A stretch of DNA of 64,000 nucleotides, taken from Hormiphora californensis. Lineage: Eukaryota; Animalia; Ctenophora. The translations under genes and the position numbers were made by a program. The DNA lies in assembly GCA_020137815.1 (NCBI GenBank), contig CM035358.1:7750001-7814000 (forward strand), given 5' to 3'. The notes under the pieces are model-generated. The model did not search any database and was not told the DNA's origin. It worked only from the letters and a program-made list of their open reading frames with translations. Below are positions 1-10,182 of this stretch, one piece after another. Each line of letters starts with the position of its first letter. Position 1 is the stretch's first letter.

Positions 1-2103
1 CATCGGGATTTGAAACCCGAGAACCTCTTCTTGGACTCCAAGAATAATGTCAAAGTTGGAGATTTTGGGTTGGCCATCAAAGGAGCGGCTGGTTCCGCTA
101 CGTTTTCTGGTTCTGAAGCTGGAACGAGGGTCTACATGGCTCCTGAGACCAAGAAGAGAGAACTGTCCAACAAGATCGATATTTACAGTCTTGGAGTGAT
201 CACTTTTGAGATGGTACGAGGTCCTTTTGTAACTCAATCCGAGAGACTGATGGAGCTGAGCGAGATCAGAAAACCGGAAGTTAACCTCCCTAAGGATGTC
301 TTTAAAGGGGAAAAGATGGAGAAATTAGGTCAGGTTGTTCGTAGAATGTTGTCCCATAATCGTGATAAACGTCCCTCAGCTGCAGAGTTGTCAAATAATG
401 ACATACTGCCACCACGACTTGCTCAGGAGGGAATAAAGCACATCATCAGGCACATCCATTCTGACAAGGATAGTCCACGGAGAGCACAACTATTTGATTG
501 TTTGTACAATGATACCATAGCAACCAAAGTAATGGCGGGGTATATCAGTCCTTGTAACCAACGAGCCGAGAGTTTTACTAAACGAATGAATGACATTATA
601 GACCCAATGACAGAGGTATTTACTAGACATGGAGCGGTCCAATGTCCCCTACCCTTCCTGCTACCCAAATGTGATCTAACAGATGGACAGAGACGTCCCT
701 TCCCTCTGATCACCCGGTACGGTCACTACTACGTCCTCCCTAACAACCTCAAGTTGAATCTTGCTAAGCACGTGCTAGATAACCGGATCACCAATATCAA
801 GAGGTACGGGTTCACCCAGGTGTTTAGGCAGCGGAAACAAGAACCAAAGGAGGTGGTCCGGTCCTCCGAACCTGAAGAGATCCTGGAAGGGTCATTTGAT
901 GTAATTACCAAGGGACACCACCAGCTAGCCAAGGCTGAAGTGCTGACCACAATATTGGATGTACTGCACAACCTTAACAGAAAACCAGGGAAGTACACGG
1001 TATACATCAATCACACCAAGATTGTAGAGGCGATACTCTGTTACTTTAACATCCCTGAGAGTCATAGACATGAGATGCTACACGCGATCTATAAACTCTC
1101 CGGAGATTACAAGAAACTGTATGAGTACCTAAAGCTGGAAACTCGTGATACAAACATGAGAGAGAAGAATATCAGTGACTTGCTGAGACTTCTAAAACAC
1201 GAGGGCCCAATCCAGTATATCTCCAAGTCTAGATCCCCTGATATCTTCCATACCATTCTCTACAAGCACAAAGCAAAGGGGCTGTTCCGAGATGGGCTCA
1301 CTGAGATACTTCAGATACTGTTGCTTACTCAGGGTTTTGATAGGTTTGATGAGCAGCAGGAGGTGCTAAGAGACGACCGAAAACTCGAGGACTTGGTAAC
1401 ACTCCTCAATGAGAAGGATTTGGAGATGGTCAAGTTTAGACCGGGTGTTCTGAATGATCCGACCTGTTATCGTGGTCTGACTATCCAAGTTGTTGTCCAC
1501 AATGATGAGACGAGTGATCACTTGCTGGTAGCAAAGGCCGGGGATTTTAGGAATCTACTAGAGAAATGGAAGGTGACTGAGAGGAGTGATTTTGAGATTC
1601 CAGCCGCTGCTTTTGGGGCTACCTTCCTACTAGAAGAGATGTGTGAACAGCGAGGACTCGATCCTAGGACCAAGATTCTGATCACGTGTAAATTCCCGGA
1701 ACACTCTGAAGGGGTCTACTTCCTGACAAGACGGTTAGCGGAGAACGACATAGCGGTGGAGATAGCGGCTGAAGAGCAGCATGAACCCATCCACGCTGTC
1801 CACAGTGTGTCCTTCATAGGTCCTAACAGTGTTTTGGTTAGGTCCCTCCAGGATGAAAGTAGTGGGAAGTACACCTGGCCGGTCCAAATGGAGCTGGAGA
1901 GGGCGGTTGAGCATCTCCTGACGGAGGTGGGGAGACCCAGGGGCAAGACGACCAGGAGGGAGACAAGTCCTGGGGGATCAGGGTTGGGGGATGTTGGGGA
2001 TATCCAACCGAACCCTAAACAGAGAAGGAGGAACATGGATGTACTGCCCGCGGGGAAGAGAAGGGGACGACATAAAAACTCAAAGAGTATGAGTGGACAA
2101 TAA
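1..2103 (+). CDS. EIF2AK4: GCN2-like eIF2-alpha kinase, 3' part (kinase C-lobe + HisRS-like domain + basic tail); runs off the left edge
   Basis: Frame is open from base 1: HRDLKPENLFLD..VKVGDFGLA..GTRVYMAPE..KIDIYSLGVITFEM..RPSAAEL, followed by a degenerate HisRS-like region (VFTRHGA, LPNNLKLNLAKH, IKRYGFTQVFR, EGSFDVI, INHTKIVEAIL). Kinase + HisRS-like is the GCN2 architecture. Confidence 0.85.
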   Translation, partial: HRDLKPENLFLDSKNNVKVGDFGLAIKGAAGSATFSGSEAGTRVYMAPETKKRELSNKIDIYSLGVITFEMVRGPFVTQSERLMELSEIRKPEVNLPKDVFKGEKMEKLGQVVRRMLSHNRDKRPSAAELSNNDILPPRLAQEGIKHIIRHIHSDKDSPRRAQLFDCLYNDTIATKVMAGYISPCNQRAESFTKRMNDIIDPMTEVFTRHGAVQCPLPFLLPKCDLTDGQRRPFPLITRYGHYYVLPNNLKLNLAKHVLDNRITNIKRYGFTQVFRQRKQEPKEVVRSSEPEEILEGSFDVITKGHHQLAKAEVLTTILDVLHNLNRKPGKYTVYINHTKIVEAILCYFNIPESHRHEMLHAIYKLSGDYKKLYEYLKLETRDTNMREKNISDLLRLLKHEGPIQYISKSRSPDIFHTILYKHKAKGLFRDGLTEILQILLLTQGFDRFDEQQEVLRDDRKLEDLVTLLNEKDLEMVKFRPGVLNDPTCYRGLTIQVVVHNDETSDHLLVAKAGDFRNLLEKWKVTERSDFEIPAAAFGATFLLEEMCEQRGLDPRTKILITCKFPEHSEGVYFLTRRLAENDIAVEIAAEEQHEPIHAVHSVSFIGPNSVLVRSLQDESSGKYTWPVQMELERAVEHLLTEVGRPRGKTTRRETSPGGSGLGDVGDIQPNPKQRRRNMDVLPAGKRRGRHKNSKSMSGQ

Positions 2104-2399
2104 CACTGGTGAAATTATAATACCCCTGTATACCGAGTCATCCTGCCCCAGGACCCTGCCCCTCGCGCCAAGACCCCAGTATCCCAGCCGACTTCCCGGG
2201 CTAGTATCCCATTATTTGTTCCCCGCATGGATCTGGGACTGGTGATATGATATCTACCACTTAGATAATATTTACTTATTGATAATACACTGCTTTATAC
2301 ACAAGTTGAATCATTTATAGGCAGTGTTTTAAACTTTTTATAGACGTTTTAAGTCAACTTTTATCAATTATTCTGGGTGAAAAGTGCAGAAATGCCAAT

Positions 2400-3447
2400 A
2401 TTTTTCGGAAAACAGTATCTTGAGTCACTGCGCTGGCAAGCGCAAAGGTGGCCCCATCCAACCCCTCGAAAAAATTCCCCCAAAAAACGGCCCGCTTGCT
2501 CACAGCGTATATATAGTTATTTCATACTTTTAGCCCATTTTGGCACTTTTTGACACGCCATAACTCCGGAACCGGATGAGGTAGGAAGCTGAAATTTTGT
2601 ACTCAGAAGCTTCTTGTAGACATCTATCGATGGTAAAAATTTCAAGTAGCTAGCTCTTTTTGTTCAAAAGTTAGAACACCACCCCCAAAACAGAAAATTC
2701 AGTGTGGGGATAACTAGGTTGATACCATGATTTTTTCCATAGCTCTACGTTTGAGTTGCGTTATGACTGTATGAACATAAAGATTTTTCTCTGCTGAGTC
2801 TTAGTTGGTATCGGCTCACAACCCCTAATTAGGTGGCTCGGTGTCGTGTGTAATCCCATGATAATCAGCACATCGTCTCAATTTCATCTAGGCACTTGAC
2901 AGGGTTGTTATGACGATTTGGCAAGGCCCCTGTTAATGTGTAGGATACGCAAGTGGTCTATCTCAACCCTATCATGCACTAAGATGTTATTCAAGCAGAT
3001 ATGAGCTTCATAACAGGGCAAAATGCAATGCGATACCTGAGACCACTTTTGTGAAAATTCCAGTTCTGACAGTCATAAGACACTCTAAAAATTGAGCTAG
3101 GACAAAAACCCGGGTACCAAAATGACCGCCAGACAATTTCCTACAACTCTTATGAGGGATGCAATGTGATCCGATCGGCCGAGCAACTTTGCATTTGTGA
3201 ATTTTTCAAAACGTGAACCCCGGTCGGATTTCATGAACACGTATTTTTGACTTTAAGACGATATATCTGACGATTGGTAGGACTTGGGACATCAATCTTG
3301 TACCCAAATGTTCGCCTGACAATTCTCTACAACACTGTTTTTGGTTGAGTCGTTTTGACCTATTTTTCGATGAGTTATGAGAATTTGAATGGAACCCACT
3401 CATCACCCAAAATAACAGGTCACGCAAAGACAGTGGGACACCCTGTA
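2400..3447. mobile_element. Degenerate non-autonomous DNA-transposon-like sequence
   Basis: Non-coding; ends in GGGACACCCTGTA (3435-3447), the reverse complement of a TACAGGGTGTCCC Tc1/mariner-like terminus. No left TIR found, so boundaries are approximate. Confidence 0.4.
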
Positions 3448-4088
3448 CATAGATACATGTATAGACGCTTTGTTACCTTCCGTTTGGTCCCAGTTTGAGA
3501 CGAACCAGACATCGTACGACCTTAAACCAAGCGGCATTCGACAGATAATTGTCTCGTGCATGTACCCATTTGGGTGGCGACTCTCAATCTTACCTATGAC
3601 GCGCGCAATGACGTCACGAGTGACGTCATTGCGCGAGATCGACTAACTTTTTTCAAACGCCTCTAGCACCCTGAAGACGTGTTCCGATTTCTGATTTGAC
3701 GAAAAATCGTTACCGGCAAATTGTCTGAACTTTCAGTTACTATATTGCGAATTTTCGTAGCTCATCATTTTGAGCCCTTAAATCGCGTCGGAAGTCAAAA
3801 ATTTGACGAAAAATTCAGTAAAATGAACGTTTTTCGAGCAAAAACTCCCTTTCCTGACCACTGTGGTCAATGATACTTTACAAGCTCCTTCAGGGTATTC
3901 ATTCAAAATATATTGTGATGCAATTACGTCGTTACGACGTCACTAATTACCTCAGATGACGTCATAATGACGTCAAAATTACGATTTTCACAGAAATTCG
4001 CCTCGTTTCTCATATAACACATCATTTTGACAATTTTACATCATGAAATAATGTCAAACTGACATTAGAAACCAAAAAGGGACCTAAA

Positions 4089-4343
4089 TTAAGCCAAAAA
4101 CTAATTGGAATTAGTTGGCGGGAAAGGTGGCCCACTTACACCTTTGCCTGATGCCGGGTTTTATTTTAAAATGTATCAGGGATATAAGAGGTGAGTGAAA
4201 TAGAGAAAGAGAAAGGGTGAGAGAGAGAGTTTGAGATACCGGCGTGACGTAAAGAGAATGACAGTTCGTGGTACCCGGTAACAGCAAAAGGTGTAAGTGG
4301 GCCACCTTTCCCGCCAACTAATTCCAATTAGTTTTTGGCTTAA
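4089..4343. mobile_element. MITE with ~55-60 bp terminal inverted repeats, TTAA at both ends
   Basis: TTAAGCCAAAAACTAATTGGAATTAGTTGGCGGGAAAGGTGGCCCACTTACACCTTT at the left end; its reverse complement ends at 4343. Confidence 0.85.
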
Positions 4344-4529
4344 TCAGTACTAATTAGTTTGGGAATTTAGAGTGACATTTTGAGGGACAAATAATAATAT
4401 AAAAAGAGACACGTCATTTAACTACTTCATTTCTCTACTTCAGTTATATTCCTATTTACATTCATTTTTTGCCAGTATATTCCCCAGTGTTTTACTTCCC
4501 TTTGAGCCATGTTGCATGACTTACTCACA

Positions 4530-4532
<3 letters not shown>

Positions 4533-4613
<81 letters not shown>

Positions 4614-4703
4614 TCGTATCTCTCTCACTCTCTCTCTCTCTCTCTCTCGGTCTCTCTCTCCGAACTCTTCTCACATCTCGTCTCTCTCTCTCTCGCTCTC
4701 TCT
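4533..4703. repeat. (CT)n microsatellite, representative of many (6870-7026, 7248-7363, 13180-13252, 35333-36722, 61125-61470 and others)
   Basis: Direct reading; these tracts generate the spurious SLSLSL/ERERER ORFs. Confidence 0.97.
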
Positions 4704-5003
4704 CCTCACGACCTCATCCTACTCTTTCCTGCCGCATTTTACACTCTAAGATGTGTTCTCAACAACCTGTCTCGCTAAATAGTTACTCTCTGTTTGTACC
4801 TGTCCTTTTCATTGCTCACCAGCTTAGTTGAGTAAGGGGTGGGAGAATGGATTTACCCTCCCCCTTTACTGCACGAAAAGTTACCCAGTTAAATTAAACT
4901 AACTTTGGAATTTGGCCAAGTATAGTCCCCTCTAAACCACCCTCCCTTCACTCCCCTTCTATATATCACCACACCATCTTTATATAGCCACTGATGTCAG
5001 CCA

Positions 5004-6575
5004 ATGAACGGTAGCGGTGGTAACCATGGAGATGAGAAGATCACAACGCCTCCTCCACAGGGCGCCACGACGCCTCCTCCACAGGCGCCTCCTCCAATGT
5101 TCAGGAGGATCAGTGAGGAAATAGTGAGTCAGGGAGGTAGAATTCTTAGCAGGGCCTGGAGCACTAACAATGTTTCCTCTTCTTCACCATCCATATTCAG
5201 AAGGTAACTCGAGCACGTTTTGGGGGGACCGAACTAACATTTCTCTGCACCTTTTATTTGGTTTATTTGTTTTCCAACTACATAGACTTCAACTAACTCC
5301 CTCTCCCCTAGGATTGGAACAGGTGCTGGATGGAGTAGCACCCCCGCGATAGCACCCCCTGATCCCCACAACCCCGATACCAGTTCTTCTAGTGCAATTA
5401 ACAGAGAAGAAGAAGAAGGAGGGTCAGCTGGGGAAAGAGATGAAACTGTGCCTCCCGAGGTAGCAGCGGTACCACCAGGTGGGTTCTTTAGGTTTTCGCA
5501 TTTTCTACCGCATTATATATGTTTCGACAATTGGATCGTGAAGAATATTTATCTTCGATGGTTAATTGAGTTTTGTTGCTTTGAACTCACGATGCCAGTG
5601 CAAAACTATCTAGTTATAATAGAATTTTCAACGTGTTGCAATTTCACGCCGTGGGCGACTCTCAAAATATTCGTTCTGATGAAGGGGAGAGAGAATATAA
5701 GGGAACATAGTTATTTATCAATATTATGTTAATTTGATAGTAGAGTGTCCCAACTAGGTAACGCATAACAACTTAGCAGGAACCGACCGAAACAAGTAAA
5801 CAACCAATCAGAACTCGTTATTTAGGTCACGTGACTGGTTATCAGCCAATCAGGGACCAGTATTTCCTGATTCGGTCGGTTCCTGCAACTTAGATAACAA
5901 CGTAAATGATAACTTCAATAACACCACCAATAACACCATTTTTCAGCTATTCCAGGGGGAAGTGATAACCAAGCTGTTAAAACTAACCAAGGAAATAGAA
6001 TGACGAGGACGCTGAGTAATGTCAGCATTTTTAAAGTCCCAAGAATTCGGAGAAAAAAGAGGGGCAGCGGCAGATATGGGATCGAAAGCAGGTACAATAT
6101 ACCCCAGCAGACCTATATTATGTCTGTTCTGGAGCTGGTTTTTTTTGTCCCACTGCCCTCCCTAATTCCTCAACTCTTTACACAGTTCACTACCCTCCCT
6201 AATTCCTCAACTCTTTACACAGTTCACTACCCTCCCTAATTCCTCAACCCCTTACAGTTCACTATCCTCCCCAATTCCTCAACTCTTTACACAGTTCAGG
6301 ACCTGTACAGTCAGATGATACGTTTGATATCGCTCTCCTTGGTTCACCAGCCTATGTATCTGTTAGATACAAGGATACTTCCAAGATAATATACAAGGAT
6401 TGGAAACGCCGCCTAAAATGTAAGTCTATCTTTTGTTGCCATGCTCGAATTATATGCTTGTGCTTTTCTTGTTCGAGAATTCCAATGTAGCTGTTTGCTA
6501 AGTGTCCACCATGTTACAGATGGTTGCAGATTGAACGCAGATCCAGAATATAAACTGGAACGGACACAAGTGTAG
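5004..6575 (+). CDS. Orphan protein of ~230 aa, 5 exons (5004-5203, 5312-5478, 5947-6091, 6295-6419, 6520-6575)
   Basis: Four GT-AG introns with compatible phases (2,1,2,1) give one open frame: MNGSGG..IFRR|IGTGAG..VPP|AIPGG..IESS|SGPVQSDDTFDIALLGSPAYVSVRYKD..WKRRLK|YGCRLNADPEYKLERTQV*. TATA-like TTTATATAG at ~4980. No domain recognised. Confidence 0.7.
5777..5885. mobile_element. hAT-type MITE (109 bp) with 8-bp TSD, in intron 2 of the orphan gene
   Basis: TIRs CAGGAACCGACCGAA / TTCGGTCGGTTCCTG; perfect 8-bp direct repeat CAACTTAG at 5769-5776 and 5886-5893. Confidence 0.92.
6156..6298 (+). repeat. Intronic ~37-bp tandem repeat x4, each unit containing a 3' splice site
   Basis: Unit CCCTCCCTAATTCCTCAACTCTTTACACAGTTCACTA; AG dinucleotides end at 6185, 6222, 6257 and 6294. 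Confidence 0.9.
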
Positions 6576-6867
6576 ACAAATGTAGTGCTCCTTTATAAAA
6601 TTATTCAATGCTCCTTCATCAACTCAGGTTAGAGAGAGTTTCAGTTCTTTTTTACTCCAAATTATGGACTTTGTTGACTGTTTTTCACGTTTAAACATTT
6701 TTAGCTAGAGTCAGAATATTATTATATAATATGTACAGTACTTGGGGATGTATTAAACCTGGTTTTATATTAATTTCCTTGTAACATTCATAAAATCCGC
6801 CATATTTAACGTGTTCCTTAACAATACCATAATTATAATATACCCGGACAATCACAGTACCCGCCCC

Positions 6868-6933
<66 letters not shown>

Positions 6934-6951
6934 CATCTCTCTCTCTCTCTC

Positions 6952-7028
<77 letters not shown>

Positions 7029-7270
7029 ATGTTCTTGGTTTTTTCACCCTGTCATTGTCTACCTCTTCATTCAGGAACAGTTTGTCTCGCCCCCTGATGA
7101 TTGGTACAGACTATAGTTCATGTGTCAAAGTGAAGGGAGCACTGACACCTCCTTTACCCCCTGCAAGTTGCTAGTAATGATGGGTATACAGTGCGTGGCA
7201 ATAGTTAAATGGTTAGACTGACACTAGATCTACTATCGTACCCTATCTTCTCTCTCTCTCTCTCTCTCTC

Positions 7271-7368
<98 letters not shown>

Positions 7369-7481
7369 GGTATTTTCTCTGATAGGCTCTATTAGCTTCC
7401 CATAATTTCGTTGGGGGCTAGATTTTAATTATGGTGACAGTTTGATGTGCAAGCAGCCTAATTCCTTCAATCACTTTTCTC

Positions 7482-7521
<40 letters not shown>

Positions 7522-7647
7522 GCATTTGTTCATTAGTTCAATGTCACCCACTGTATGGGAAACTCGTCTAAAAAGGGGGGGGGGGGCTAGCTGTCGAATT
7601 GATAGTTACAGAATAATGGTATTCTGGTCTATCAGTATAAACTTCTA

Positions 7648-7721
7648 CACAGTTTCGGACCTCGATTTACCGGGCAGAACCCTTTCCTCCGAGCATCCCG
7701 GTAAATCGGGGTCCGACTCTA
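7648..7721. mobile_element. Short palindromic MITE
   Basis: TCGGACCTCGATTTACCGGG (7655-7674) pairs with CCCGGTAAATCGGGGTCCGA (7697-7716). Confidence 0.7.
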
Positions 7722-7977
7722 CCTGTCTACCTGTGATAGTAGTCAAATTAGTCAAAATTCCTGCAATTGGTGGTGCGAGGGAACTGTCAAAATATAATTC
7801 ACGTCCATATATTTGAAATTGCGTAACTGTGAAAGCGGTAATTTGAAGACATGAGTTAGACTTGGCAGGTTACAATGATTTGATATTATTTCCATCACCA
7901 GTAAATTGATATATTAGACTGATGTAAGCCAATGCTCTGACAGAGAAATAACGTACGTGGTCTTCATGATCCCAGAA

Positions 7978-8473
7978 AGTTGGTTTGGTTTTATTTGGTT
8001 TGGTTTTATTTGGTTTGGTTTTATTTGGTTTGATTTGGTTTTATTTGGTTTGCATTAGGTTTGGTTTGGTTTGCATTAGGTTTGGTTTGGTTTGCATTAG
8101 GTTTGGTTTGGTTTGCATTAGGTTTGGTTTGGTTTTATTTGGTTTGCATTAGGTTTGGTTTGGTTTGCATTAGATTTGCATTAGGTTTGCATTAGATTTG
8201 CATTAGGTTTGGTTTGGTTTGGTTTGGTTTGGTTTGGTTTTATTTGGTTTGCATTCGGTTTGGTTTGGTTTGCATTAGATTTGCATTAGGTTTGGTTTGG
8301 TTTGGTTTGGTTTTATTACCAGCTTTGGTTTTATTTGGTTTGCATTAGGTTTGCATTAGGTTTGGTTTGGTTTGGTTTTATTTGGTTTGCATTAGGTTTG
8401 CATTAGGTTTGGTTTGGTTTGGTTTGGTTTGGTTTGGTTTGGTTTGGTTTGGTTTGGTTTGGTTTGGTTTGGT
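7978..8473. repeat. Compound (GGTTT)n / TTGCATTAG microsatellite
   Basis: Direct reading. Confidence 0.95.
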
Positions 8474-8680
8474 CACGTGGTAGAAGTGCACATTACTTCA
8501 TTTACTTGAATTAGATAAATAATAAATAAAATGATATCATCTCGACTATTTCGACTAATGATGATCTACCCGCATCGCTGTCAAAAAAGGAGCCCTGTTT
8601 TATAACGTGAAGTAGGGAATCATGGTTCGCAGGCTACAACCGCATTAGCTTGACGGGAGACAACACCAAAACTGAAATGT

Positions 8681-8728
<48 letters not shown>

Positions 8729-10092
8729 AGAGAGAGAGAGAGTGAGTGAGAGATAACACTTTTCTCATACTTGACAGAGTAAACTAAGTACCAATGTGTC
8801 AACTGCCTGATCGTTAAACTAGTTTTAGATAATTTGTCACTCATGTAAACCACCCACACAGATATTATTGGGGGTGCAGATAGATATTATTATTATCAGG
8901 GGAGGGGGGATACAGTTAAACGATTTGCAGTTTTCAATCAGAATATATGATTAGGAATCATAGCGGGCGCCAATATAACGGAGGTGATCAGTCAATAAGG
9001 GGTTAGTGAAGCAAGGTCATTAGCAGGGGTTGCAGGGGCTGCAAGTTAGATCGTCTCACTTGACTTGCTCAACTCAATCCAAATTAAAGATATACTGGTC
9101 ATGGTGTTCCTCGAGTGGCTCGAGTGCTACCAGAAACCACCACTTGTACGTGCACGTACGTGTTACCATGGTAACTATAAAGTGTGCGTCTGCGCACGGT
9201 GTTTGGACACCGCAAGGTTTGGGTTTGCGGAAGCACATTTTATATTTGCTTTTACTTCGAAGTTAGATCGTCACTTGAATTGCATTTAATTGGGCGTTGG
9301 TCATGTATTGTTGAATAAATTGATAAACAATGTTTTTTAAACCGTTTAAAGAACAAATACAGCGACATCAAACAATTACATGGTAACATTATTCACCAAA
9401 TCTTTCCTCGTGGAGAGAAAACACAGACAAACCTCAACACATACAACCCTCAACACAGACAATAAGTTGTGTTGCGTGAAACCCATTTTACATCCAATAA
9501 TAATAACGTCTCTTTCGGAGTTCACATAATAATCAGACGGAAGGTCCCTCTTAATACCGGGCCCTAACCCCCCCCCTTTTCCCCTCCCTTTTGGGTTTCC
9601 CTTCCCCTTTTTCCCCCTTTTTTTCCCCCCGGTGGTCATTTTTAACTTTTTCCCCCTCTCTCTCCTCTTTTTTCCCCTCTCTCCATCTCCCTCTCTCTCC
9701 TCTCTCTCTCTCTCTTCCTCTCTTTTCTCTCTTTTACGTACCACGTGGTGCTAATATCTACCCTCTCACGTGGTCCACAGCTGTTAGGTACATGATGATG
9801 GGGGAGAGGGTCAAATATTTGTGCGAAACAGAGTGCAGCTCAATGAGAAGGGGCAGACAGATGCGGGGGAGAGAGAGAGATTGTTACTTTAACTAGGAGA
9901 GAGAGGGAGGGAACGAGGGGGCAGATAGATGCGGGAGGGAGAGATTGTTACTTTAACTAGGAGAGTGAGAGAGGGGGAAACCTTTTTCACCCTAAGTGCT
10001 AGGAGGTAAACATCCGACCCAAAACACTCACGAGTCACAAAGTTCTCCCCACCCAAATGTTTTCCTTTCTCTTCTCTCTCTCTCCTCCTCTC

Positions 10093-10151
<59 letters not shown>

Positions 10152-10182
10152 TGTGTTTTTACAATTTCAACGTCCATCCTCC

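Noticed and set aside
423-2036. Antisense ORFs over GCN2 (also those over DDOST, the LINE and the GPCR)
   Set aside because: Shadow ORFs of real genes on the opposite strand.
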